A stretch of 32,000 nt of DNA from the NCBI GenBank assembly GCA_030668875.1, contig DAOVER010000014.1:30001-62000 (forward strand), read 5' to 3'. The notes under the pieces were generated by a model. That model was not told where the DNA came from. It searched no databases and worked only from the letters and a program-made list of their open reading frames with translations. The position numbers and the translations under genes were made by a program. Source of the DNA: Candidatus Heimdallarchaeota archaeon (GTDB lineage Archaea > Asgardarchaeota > Heimdallarchaeia > Heimdallarchaeales > Heimdallarchaeaceae). Position 1 is the first letter of the stretch; each line of letters opens with the position of its first letter. Shown piece after piece: positions 1 to 8,238 of the stretch.

Positions 1-326
1 AAAAGTGGAATAATCCTTTCTAGTTTTATTAATTTATGAATAAATAGTTCCGCAAATAAATCGGGTTCAATTGGCAAATTATTAACTTCTAATACTTTCC
101 ACATAAACATTGTCTTTAAAACACTCACTAACTCATCAAACCTAAGTATTTTTTTTCCTAACATTTTCTTATTTTTGAAAACTATTGACGATAATTCTGT
201 GAATACAAGTGGATCCTGATCAAAATCATACTTGGGTTCTGAACTATAGAACAAGTAATTATCATCATTTGTAATTTTAATTTTGTATCCTTTGACTTCG
301 TATTCACATATTCCATCTATTTTCAA
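1..326 (-). CDS. hypothetical protein, partial (runs off the window edge)
   Basis: Hand translation of the minus strand from TTG at 326 gives LKIDGICEYEVKGYKIKITNDDNYLFYSSEPKYDFDQDPLVFTELSSIVFKNKK..., open to the edge. A GAAAGGA element lies upstream and the ORF is divergent from rfcS. Absent from the ORF track because it has no stop codon in the window. Confidence 0.6.
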   Translation of the reverse strand, partial: MKIDGICEYEVKGYKIKITNDDNYLFYSSEPKYDFDQDPLVFTELSSIVFKNKKMLGKKILRFDELVSVLKTMFMWKVLEVNNLPIEPDLFAELFIHKLIKLERIIPL

Positions 327-521
327 TTTGAAACTGTCCTTTCAGTTTTTACACTATCCCAATTACTAATTAGTATATCAACACCACTCTTTTTGAATAA
401 ATCAGCAATTTTAAGATGAAATATGGCAACATTTAGAAAAAGGGCTTATTCGTTGATAATTTTTGATATACATATGTAATAACTTTAAATAGAAAAAACT
501 TACCTTTGATGATGTGAGAAT

Positions 522-1493
522 ATGACCAATAAGTATGATGTAATGTGGACAGAAAAATATAGGCCTAAAACTCTTGATGATCTGAAGGGTCACAAAGACA
601 TTATAATACGTCTAAAAGGATTTGTCGAAAGAAGGAATCTACCACATCTATTATTTGCTGGACCTCCTGGCACAGGTAAAACAACAGCTCTTTTAGCTCT
701 TGCCAGTGATTTATATGGTCACAACAATGTTTCTCGTAATCTTCTGGAAATGAATGCTTCAGACGATCGTGGAATTGATGCTATAAGAACCAAAGTAAAG
801 GAATTTGCGCGTACAGCTTCTTATGGCGACACACCGTTTAAGATAATATGTTTAGATGAAGCAGATAGTTTAACTTCCGCAGCTCAACACGCCCTGAGGA
901 GAACAATGGAAAGATATGTAAAAACAAGTAGATTCGCACTAATTTGTAATTATTCAAGTAAAATAATAGAACCTATCCAATCAAGATGTGCTATATTTAG
1001 ATTTAAACCACTTGACGAAGACAGCATTCGAGAATTTCTCAAATACATATGTGATAATGAAAAACTAGTGTATGATAAAGAAGGGCTGGGTACGGTTCTT
1101 TACATATCAGAAGGAGATTTAAGAAAAGCTGTCAACATTCTGCAATCTACTGCTGCCTCAGGTAAATCAGTGGAACAAATAACTGTATTACAAACCGTAG
1201 GACATGCAGATCCTGAGAGAATTAAGGAAATGCTTAATCTTGCATTAAACAAGAAATTTGAAAAATCTAGAGAGGTTTTGCAGAACCTCATTCTACAATA
1301 TGGATTATCTGGAACAGATGTAACACACCAAATTTATCGCGAAATATCCTCTCTCTCTATTCCTGATAGCAAAAAACTGGAGATTACTGAATTTTTAGCT
1401 GAAATCGATTTTCGTATTTCAGAAGGCGCTTCTAGCAATATCCAATTAACCTCTTTCCTGGCGAAGTTAGTAAAAGAAGCTACTAAAGAATAA
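522..1493 (+). CDS. rfcS: replication factor C small subunit (clamp loader, AAA+)
   Basis: WTEKYRP, Walker A GPPGTGKT, LEMNASDDRGID, Walker B LDEAD and the SRC motif (IQSRC). No intein. Confidence 0.97.
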   Translation: MTNKYDVMWTEKYRPKTLDDLKGHKDIIIRLKGFVERRNLPHLLFAGPPGTGKTTALLALASDLYGHNNVSRNLLEMNASDDRGIDAIRTKVKEFARTASYGDTPFKIICLDEADSLTSAAQHALRRTMERYVKTSRFALICNYSSKIIEPIQSRCAIFRFKPLDEDSIREFLKYICDNEKLVYDKEGLGTVLYISEGDLRKAVNILQSTAASGKSVEQITVLQTVGHADPERIKEMLNLALNKKFEKSREVLQNLILQYGLSGTDVTHQIYREISSLSIPDSKKLEITEFLAEIDFRISEGASSNIQLTSFLAKLVKEATKE

Positions 1494-1511
1494 TAGGAAT
1501 TAACAACATTC

Positions 1512-2354
1512 CTATTTTTTTAAATCTCTAATATATCCCAGAATCAATCTTTTTTGTACCTCTTCTTTCTTCATTTTTCTTAAAATACCATTGATTTTTT
1601 CTCTAATAATTTTCAATGCTTTATCATTAATAACCCATTTTATATCTTCATAATAATGCTCTACCAAAATCAGATTATTGGGGTCAGCAGGTTGTATATT
1701 CAAGCTATCAATGTCGGTTCTTGTGTGAAGGAGTGCTTTTGTATCTTTTAATTCATCAGAGAGCCCCCAATAATTCATAACATATCCTACAATTCTTCTA
1801 ACTTGTTCCCATAGAAAAGATTGAGCAACAAATTCAAATAGCATATAATTTTGTTCTTCCCTAATATTGATCTGTTCAATTTCCCTAATTGTATTGCGAT
1901 GGTCATTTTTACAGAAGAGTCTATAGTCGTTTATTCCTTCAAAAAGCAAACAAATTTCTTGCATTTTACTTGTTAATGTTCCTACTTCGTCCTCTAAGTT
2001 TCCTTTTTCTGATAAATACCAATATTTCTTCTTCAAACTGTATTTAGGGGAAAAATCTTCTTTGACTTTGGCATAAGACCAACATACAATTGAGTTATCT
2101 TTGGGAAGTTGCGCATTTATTTGCTCTAAAATAATCTCCTTTTCTGCATTAAAACCAAATATATTACCTATAGCGTTTACATTTTTATCCGTTCTACTTG
2201 CGCTAATAAATCGATTCTCTTGCGCTGAAACAATATGATTTGTTTCTATGAGTGCTTGTAGTAATGTCTCTTCCACTGTGGATACACTTGGTTGCCTTTG
2301 ATAGCCAAAGTAATTTTTGCCCTCATAATAAACTCGTACTATGTACCTTATCAT
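1512..2354 (-). CDS. truA: tRNA pseudouridine(38-40) synthase TruA
   Basis: N-terminal YEGKNYFGYQRQP, catalytic SRTD motif, and FVAQSFLWEQVRRIVG. Confidence 0.9.
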   Translation of the reverse strand: MIRYIVRVYYEGKNYFGYQRQPSVSTVEETLLQALIETNHIVSAQENRFISASRTDKNVNAIGNIFGFNAEKEIILEQINAQLPKDNSIVCWSYAKVKEDFSPKYSLKKKYWYLSEKGNLEDEVGTLTSKMQEICLLFEGINDYRLFCKNDHRNTIREIEQINIREEQNYMLFEFVAQSFLWEQVRRIVGYVMNYWGLSDELKDTKALLHTRTDIDSLNIQPADPNNLILVEHYYEDIKWVINDKALKIIREKINGILRKMKKEEVQKRLILGYIRDLKK

Positions 2355-2410
2355 CTTCTACATTTTATTCTCTACAAGATTAAAAATATAATGTAACACA
2401 AAGAAAAAAA

Positions 2411-2417
2411 TTAAAAA
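2411..2417 (+). promoter_or_regulatory. putative TATA box of tRNA-Glu
   Basis: TTAAAAA with an A-rich upstream element, about 26-32 nt before the tRNA 5' end at 2443. Confidence 0.4.
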
Positions 2418-2442
2418 ACCCAGCAGCTCTTATCATCTTATT

Positions 2443-2520
2443 GCCTCGATGGTGTAGTTCGGCCAATCATTGCGGACTCTCACTCCGCAGACCCGGGTTC
2501 AAATCCCGGTCGAGGCACCA
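2443..2520 (+). tRNA. tRNA-Glu(CTC), CCA encoded
   Basis: Acceptor GCCTCGA/TCGAGGC, anticodon arm GCGGA-CTCTCAC-TCCGC, T arm CCGGG-TTCAAAT-CCCGG, discriminator A followed by CCA. Confidence 0.96.
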
Positions 2521-2544
2521 TCATTATTTTTTCTTACCATTTTG

Positions 2545-2847
2545 CTATTGCTTCTCTTCCCATATTGCAAACAGTTGTTTCAAAGATGATGCTAGAATAT
2601 TTTCACTGTCATATTGATATATCAAAATCCGCCCAAATTTCTTTTCTCTGATAAGTCCAGCCTTGCATAAAAATTTCAAATGTTCTTTTACCGCCGAATG
2701 ATTAAGATTTATATTTTTTGAGATTGCAGAGATGTTTAATTCATCAAGTTCTGCTAGTAATTTTAGGATCCTAACTCTGCCTCTTGATGACAAAACATCT
2801 TCAATAGCAAGCTTTTTTGTATCTTTCATTTTGCTAATATTTGTCAT
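2545..2847 (-). CDS. ArsR-like winged helix-turn-helix DNA-binding protein, co-oriented downstream of cdc6
   Basis: SSRGRVRILKLL...LNISAISKNINLNHSAVKEHLKFLCKAGLIREKKFGR matches a wHTH pattern. 12-nt gap after the cdc6 stop. Confidence 0.85.
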   Translation of the reverse strand: MTNISKMKDTKKLAIEDVLSSRGRVRILKLLAELDELNISAISKNINLNHSAVKEHLKFLCKAGLIREKKFGRILIYQYDSENILASSLKQLFAIWEEKQ

Positions 2848-2859
2848 TTCTTTCCCCTT

Positions 2860-4077
2860 TTATCGATGTTCTATTGTTTTCTTCTGATTTTCAATTGTTT
2901 TAACCAAGAAATCTTCAATAGCTTCAACAGAAATGTCTGGAATACTTATTAACGTGGTTTTACCTCGCATTCCTTCACCTGAAATTTTCGTGCTTATAAT
3001 GTCTTGTTTTGACAGTTCTTTCAAATAAGTCCAAATTTGCGTGTGTTTTCGTGGGTCTTCGTTATATTCCTCACATAGTAGCTTGTATGAACTAATTGCA
3101 TCATTTGTTGAAATATACGCATTCTTTGTATGTTTCAATTTTCGTATTACTGCTAACAAAACTAGTTTTTGGTGCAATGTTAGAGTAAGAATAACTTCCC
3201 TTCTAACTTCCGGATGAATTAAGGCTTTGGCCTTTCTTACATGGTCGGGGTATACAATTGGAGAACTTTCATCATCTGCGCATTGACCCGCACCCCATAA
3301 TAATTCTATTGCATAGCGAGCATCTCCTAATTTACTCGCGATATCAGCTATCAATTCTGTTGCATCTTCTGTTATTATTCCATCATAAAATGCTAATTCA
3401 GATCGAGATTTTATTATGTCCCTTAGATCTTTTTCGGAATATCTATCTAATGATATGTGACTTGCTTGAAAACTACTTTGTGTGCTTGCATCAAGCTTAT
3501 GAATGAAGTTTAGATTTCTAGCAATAAAAATGTAAGATATCCATTGTTTTGTTGTCATTTCGCTTATTCTTAATAAAGTATAGAGAAAATCTGTTCCTGC
3601 GCGTGAGATAAGATAATCAACTTCATCCAAAATCAGCAATATCTTTTGTGAGTAGAAGTCCAGTAAACGAATCAAGAGGTCTTGTAGTTCCTCAAAAGAA
3701 TATCCTCGTGGTGGAATGGCTTTGTTCAATTGACGTGCTAATGTACTAATAATGAGATAAGGACTCTTATAAATTCGACAATTAATGTAAACTAAACGGA
3801 AATTCTTTTGTTTGTCTATATTTTCCAATAATTGACCAAATCGCTTAGCTAAGGTGGTTTTACCAGAACCTGTTGGTCCTGTTATACTTATTTTTCTTAA
3901 AGGCTCATCTTTCTCTTCAAAAATTGTTTTAAAGCATTTCGCTAAAGTTCTGAGCTCTTCCTCCCTGTGAGGTAAGTGTGGTGGAATATATGTAACAGAT
4001 AAACAACTTATATTCTTAAACACAGTAGGTTTTTTCAGTAAGGAATTAAAAAATTCCTCATCGGATGTAGGTATCAT
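2860..4077 (-). CDS. cdc6: Orc1/Cdc6 replication initiator
   Basis: YIPPHLPHREEE, Walker A GPTGSGKT, YINCR, Walker B LDEVD, GDARYAIELL and a C-terminal winged helix. ATG at 4077 is preferred over the TTG at 4098. Confidence 0.96.
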   Translation of the reverse strand: MIPTSDEEFFNSLLKKPTVFKNISCLSVTYIPPHLPHREEELRTLAKCFKTIFEEKDEPLRKISITGPTGSGKTTLAKRFGQLLENIDKQKNFRLVYINCRIYKSPYLIISTLARQLNKAIPPRGYSFEELQDLLIRLLDFYSQKILLILDEVDYLISRAGTDFLYTLLRISEMTTKQWISYIFIARNLNFIHKLDASTQSSFQASHISLDRYSEKDLRDIIKSRSELAFYDGIITEDATELIADIASKLGDARYAIELLWGAGQCADDESSPIVYPDHVRKAKALIHPEVRREVILTLTLHQKLVLLAVIRKLKHTKNAYISTNDAISSYKLLCEEYNEDPRKHTQIWTYLKELSKQDIISTKISGEGMRGKTTLISIPDISVEAIEDFLVKTIENQKKTIEHR

Positions 4078-4302
4078 TCTCTCTCTGATTATACCCAAGG
4101 GAAATTACTATTTATATTTAGCAGACAGACATCTCTGAAAGTGATAATCAAAAGCCATTCTAACACACGTCTGTACTTATACTTCCTTGTCCCTAGTTAC
4201 AAATTTCAGATTTGATAAAAATGAAACTTGAATTGTAAGTATTCATTTTTTAAATTGTATTCTCTCTCTCAACAGTGCTATATTGAACATGTGCCGATAA
4301 AG

Positions 4303-4309
4303 TTAAAAA
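4303..4309 (+). promoter_or_regulatory. putative TATA box of tRNA-Leu
   Basis: GATAAAG-TTAAAAA about 30 nt upstream of the tRNA start at 4338. Confidence 0.4.
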
Positions 4310-4337
4310 TCCATGCTATCGGCTTTATTCACGATAT

Positions 4338-4422
4338 GCGGAGATTGCCGAGTGGTCAAAGGCGCTAGAATGAGGATCTAGTCCTTAGTGGTCCGGGAGT
4401 TCGAATCTCCCTCTCCGCACCA
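4338..4422 (+). tRNA. tRNA-Leu(GAG), long variable arm, CCA encoded
   Basis: Acceptor GCGGAGA/TCTCCGC, anticodon arm CTAGA-ATGAGGA-TCTAG, variable arm TCCTTAGTGGTCC, T arm GGGAG-TTCGAAT-CTCCC. Confidence 0.95.
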
Positions 4423-4473
4423 ATTCAACAACATTTTTTTGCTATCTCCATAGTCTAATCATGAATCTCTTTT

Positions 4474-4659
4474 TTAGCCAAATAAGTCCTCTATAGAAGT
4501 AGTAGACCAGTCAATTAAATTTAAAATTACACCAAAAATAATGGCGAAAATGAAGATAGCTATACCAATGAGTAAGATTTCTTCAAGTATTGGAGACCCT
4601 CTCTTTTTATTAAATCTGAAACTCTTGAATAATTGAAATATTATCCACATAATTCTCAA
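4474..4659 (-). CDS. short type IV/Flp-like prepilin (class III signal peptide)
   Basis: Basic leader ending NKKRG, then SPILEEILLIGIAIFIFAIIFGVIL with Glu at +5 and a long hydrophobic helix. Mature peptide about 40 aa. The start may be the ATG at 4650. Confidence 0.65.
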   Translation of the reverse strand: MRIMWIIFQLFKSFRFNKKRGSPILEEILLIGIAIFIFAIIFGVILNLIDWSTTSIEDLFG

Positions 4660-4875
4660 TATTTAACTCAAGTTTGTTATTTAAACTCCACAAAACAATT
4701 GTAGAACTCTTTTCCCACTATATTTTCTCTTTCATTTGCAGAACTGTTGTCGTAATAGCGACTTTAAGGATTGTAATTATCCAGCGAAATAACATTTAAA
4801 ATACTTGAGTATGGAAAACCTTTTTTATTATCATAAATCGGTGCGATATAGTATTAACCTTTCCTAGGTGCTACT

Positions 4876-5709
4876 ATGGATATAGAGCTTGTTGAAATAT
4901 TTCCAAATTCAGTCAAATTCATCCTGTCAGATGTTTCATTAGCTTTTGCTAATGCTCTTAGACGCTTAGCTTTAGCTGAAGTTCCATCATTAGTAATTGA
5001 GGATGTTTATGTATTACGAAACACTTCACCACTTTTTGATGAATTTATTGCACATAGACTAGGTTTAATCCCCCTACAATATGATGTTGATGAACTCGAT
5101 TTGAATTTCAGAGACAAATGTGATTGTGGAGGAATTGGTTGTAATTTATGTACAGTGACTTTAATGATCTCAAAGGAAACTGATGCTCAAACCACAGCTG
5201 TTGTTTACAGTGGAGATCTTGTGTCAGCCCAAGAAGGAGTAGAACCTATAACCTCAAAGATTCCAATAGTTAAATTAGGACCAAACCAGGCTCTTGAACT
5301 GGAATGTATGGCACAACTCGGAATTGGAAAAGAACATGCCAAATGGCAACCTGTTTCTGCAATGGGATATCAAGAATTTCCCATACCGGAAATAGAAAAA
5401 AGTAAGTGTACTAACTGTTTTGCTTGTATAGATGCTTGTTACAGAGGAGTATATCAGAAAGTAGGAGAAGAAGTTCAAGTCGCAAATCCTTTAAGTTGCA
5501 CCTTGTGTAATTACTGTCTTGATTTTTGCGAACCTGGTGCTATTGAAATTGGAAGCGACCCTTCAAAAGTAATTTTTTCATTTGAAACAAATAGTGGTAC
5601 TCCTCCTTCAAAAATACTTTCTAAAACAGGAGAAATACTTCTCACAAACATCGACGAATTCAAAAAGACATTAGAATCATCGTTATTAGAAAAAGAAGAA
5701 AAAGAATGA
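4876..5709 (+). CDS. rpoD: DNA-directed RNA polymerase subunit D (Rpo3) with ferredoxin-like domain
   Basis: FANALRR, FDEFIAHRLGLIPL, GIGKEHAKWQP, and two CxxCxxCxxxC motifs. Confidence 0.97.
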   Translation: MDIELVEIFPNSVKFILSDVSLAFANALRRLALAEVPSLVIEDVYVLRNTSPLFDEFIAHRLGLIPLQYDVDELDLNFRDKCDCGGIGCNLCTVTLMISKETDAQTTAVVYSGDLVSAQEGVEPITSKIPIVKLGPNQALELECMAQLGIGKEHAKWQPVSAMGYQEFPIPEIEKSKCTNCFACIDACYRGVYQKVGEEVQVANPLSCTLCNYCLDFCEPGAIEIGSDPSKVIFSFETNSGTPPSKILSKTGEILLTNIDEFKKTLESSLLEKEEKE

Positions 5710-5720
5710 AGTGAGCTTAA

Positions 5721-6086
5721 ATGCCAAGAAGAACAGGACCAACAGATCCAAACATTATACAGTTAATTAATCAGCTTAAAAAGAAATCAGCTGAAACAAA
5801 TGTTTCCATTTGGAAAACAATTGCTGAAAGAATAGAGAAACCTAGAAGAAAAAGAGCTACTATTAATCTCAGTAAAATAAATAGACATTCAAAAGAAAAT
5901 GATATTATTATTGTTCCGGGTTCAGTTCTAAGTTCAGGAAAACTCGATCACTCTGTAACTATCGCAGCTCTTAAAACCACTGAACAAGCAAAGGAAAAAA
6001 TAAACGCAACAAACAGCAAATTCCTTACCATTCATGAACTCTTAGAATCTAATCATGAAGTTGGTAAAATGAAAATAATAATCTAA
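5721..6086 (+). CDS. rpl18e: 50S ribosomal protein L18e (eL18)
   Basis: TGPTDPN, PRRKRATINLSKINR, IIVPGSVLSSG. Confidence 0.96.
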   Translation: MPRRTGPTDPNIIQLINQLKKKSAETNVSIWKTIAERIEKPRRKRATINLSKINRHSKENDIIIVPGSVLSSGKLDHSVTIAALKTTEQAKEKINATNSKFLTIHELLESNHEVGKMKIII

Positions 6087-6100
6087 TCAAGGTGAATTAA

Positions 6101-6571
6101 ATGGCAAAAACTGGAAAAAACATTGAAACACAGTTAGTAAATCCCAAAATTATAATTGATGCAGATAACGCAATTTTAGGTCGTTTATGTTCTGAGGTTG
6201 CAAAACACCTACTAGATGGTTACGCAGTAAACATTGTAAACTGTGAAAATGCTATAATTTCTGGTAAAAAACACTCAGTTTTAAATGAATATAGAGCTAT
6301 GCATAAAATTCACACTCATACTAATCCCAGAAGAGGACCTTTTCATCCTAAACGACCTGACAGATTAGTACGACGTACTGTTCGAGGTATGCTTCCTTGG
6401 AAGAAGAGGAAAGGTAGAAGCGCATATCATAGACTATTAACATATATAGGAATTCCTGATGAGTTCTCTAGTTTAGAAATTATTAAGCCGAAGCATGCTG
6501 ATGCAAATAAACTGGACTGCAAAAAGATAACCGTTGGCAATCTGTGTAAAAAATTTGGCTGGCAAGGATAA
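6101..6571 (+). CDS. rpl13: 50S ribosomal protein L13 (uL13)
   Basis: IIDADNAILGRLCS, GPFHPKRPDRLVRRTVRGMLP. AGGTGA SD upstream. Confidence 0.96.
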   Translation: MAKTGKNIETQLVNPKIIIDADNAILGRLCSEVAKHLLDGYAVNIVNCENAIISGKKHSVLNEYRAMHKIHTHTNPRRGPFHPKRPDRLVRRTVRGMLPWKKRKGRSAYHRLLTYIGIPDEFSSLEIIKPKHADANKLDCKKITVGNLCKKFGWQG

Positions 6572-6581
6572 GGTGATTAAT

Positions 6582-6986
6582 GTGGGTAAAGTTATTGTAT
6601 CGTCTGGAAAGAGAAAAACAGCAATCGCACGTGCAACTATTAAAGAAGGAAAAGGAAGAGTTAGAATAAATGGTGTCCCCTTAGAGGTTCTACCAAATGA
6701 GCTGAAACGAGTAAAGATAAATGAAGTATTCGTACTCGCGGGGAATGAAAAGAGAGATTCTGTTGATGTTAAAGTTAAGGTAAAGGGAGGAGGATTTATG
6801 GGTCAAGCTGAAGCTGTTCGTACAGCTATTGCAAGAGGCCTAATCGAGTTTTTTGATGATATGGGTCTAAAAGAAGTTTTTGTTGCTTATGATAAAACAA
6901 TTGTTTCTGGTGATCCAAGGAGAACTGAACCTAAACACTTTGGTGGAAAAAGTTCACGTTCCAGATTTCAAAAATCCTACCGATAA
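6582..6986 (+). CDS. rps9: 30S ribosomal protein S9 (uS9)
   Basis: GKRKTAIARA, GGGFMGQAEAVRTAIARG, C-terminal RSRFQKSYR. Start reassigned to GTG at 6582, behind an AGGTGA SD at 6571. Confidence 0.96.
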   Translation: MGKVIVSSGKRKTAIARATIKEGKGRVRINGVPLEVLPNELKRVKINEVFVLAGNEKRDSVDVKVKVKGGGFMGQAEAVRTAIARGLIEFFDDMGLKEVFVAYDKTIVSGDPRRTEPKHFGGKSSRSRFQKSYR

Positions 6987-7024
6987 CTTTTTCCCTTCTA
7001 TTATTTTTATTGTTAATGAAGAAT

Positions 7025-8062
7025 ATGTCGACCGTTTTAGATTGTTCTATGGGTGAAGGGGGCGGATCAGTTATTCGAATTTCTGTTGCATTGGCAGCAG
7101 CAAACAGCTCTCCCTTAAAATTGACTAATATACGATCTAATCGATCAAATCCTGGTTTACGAGCTCAACACCTTGAATCAATAGATGCCTTAAGGCAACT
7201 ATCTGGTTTTGAAATTTTTGGTGCTAAGATGGGGAGTAAGGAAGTATCTATTCGCCAGTATGGAAAAAGAAGAAATGAAGCAACTGTAAAAATAAATACA
7301 GCTGGAAGTATCTCTCTTGTTGCTCAAGCAGTCCAGTATTATGCATTGAATAAAGAAACGGAAATAAAATTAAACATACAAGGTGGCGCTACTCATGGCA
7401 AGTGGGCCCCTTCAATTGAATTCATTACAAATGTTACTTTTAAAATTCTTGAAAAAATGAACAAAATAATTGATGTTAAGATAGACAGACATGGTTTTTT
7501 TCCAAAAGGGGGAGCACAATCATATTTTATGTTTCACCCTCATGATAAGATATTACCCCTGAATTTAACAGAAAAAGGTGTTTTAGAAGAAATACATGTT
7601 TTTTCAACAGCTTCTTCCCATCTTAAGAAAAGGAATGTAGCTGAAAGGCAGATAGATTCTTTTGTTAAACTAGCAAAATCAACAGTAGACACTGTACATC
7701 ATATAAATTATGTTGATAGTGTGTCTCCTGGCACTGGTTTAACAGTTGTAAATAAATATTCAACAGGAACTTTAAAGGGATGTTTCGTTCAAGGAGAAAG
7801 GTCATTAACAGCAGAAAATATTGGTAAAATATGCTGGAAACAATGGGAAAACTTTGAGCAAAACTCAGCAGCTGTTGACATTCATACAGCTGATCAACTT
7901 ATAGTTCCCATGGCCTTAGCTGAAGGAAGCTCAGCAATCACAACAGCTAGATTAACCAATCACACCAAAACAAACATAGAACTAATTCAGAAATTTACTC
8001 AAGCAGTTTTTAATGTAAATAAAGAAAATGGGCGTTATCTCATTTCTGTTAAACAGCCCTAG
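7025..8062 (+). CDS. rtcA: RNA 3'-terminal phosphate cyclase RtcA
   Basis: GEGGGSVIR, IRSNRSNPGLRAQHL, GFFPKGG, and VDIHTADQL with the catalytic His retained (RtcA rather than Rcl1). ATG at 7025. Confidence 0.92.
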   Translation: MSTVLDCSMGEGGGSVIRISVALAAANSSPLKLTNIRSNRSNPGLRAQHLESIDALRQLSGFEIFGAKMGSKEVSIRQYGKRRNEATVKINTAGSISLVAQAVQYYALNKETEIKLNIQGGATHGKWAPSIEFITNVTFKILEKMNKIIDVKIDRHGFFPKGGAQSYFMFHPHDKILPLNLTEKGVLEEIHVFSTASSHLKKRNVAERQIDSFVKLAKSTVDTVHHINYVDSVSPGTGLTVVNKYSTGTLKGCFVQGERSLTAENIGKICWKQWENFEQNSAAVDIHTADQLIVPMALAEGSSAITTARLTNHTKTNIELIQKFTQAVFNVNKENGRYLISVKQP

Positions 8063-8238
8063 ACTAGCTGAATGTTCATTTTTCTCTATTTCTTTCTTAA
8101 CGACATATTTATATGATACTATACAAGTCGGAGTACGACATAGGAGTATAGTTTCTGTAAAAATTTTACTCTATTGAATATGTTTAGTAAAATAAATCAA
8201 TCAAAGAAATTTAAATGAAACATTAAGACGTGAAAAAT

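Noticed and set aside
2492-2512. 21-nt identity (CCCGGGTTCAAATCCCGGTCG) between tRNA-Glu and tRNA-Ala (about 21637-21657, inverted)
   Set aside because: Explained by conserved T-arm sequence in two complete tRNAs. Not an att site or repeat family.
522-4098. Inteins in rfcS or cdc6, and at the NADFDGD site of rpoA1
   Set aside because: Protein lengths are normal and the motifs around the known insertion sites are contiguous.
4293-4323. 7-bp inverted repeat GCCGATA…TATCGGC flanking the tRNA-Leu TATA box
   Set aside because: Short, single occurrence, and compatible with chance or with BRE sequence.
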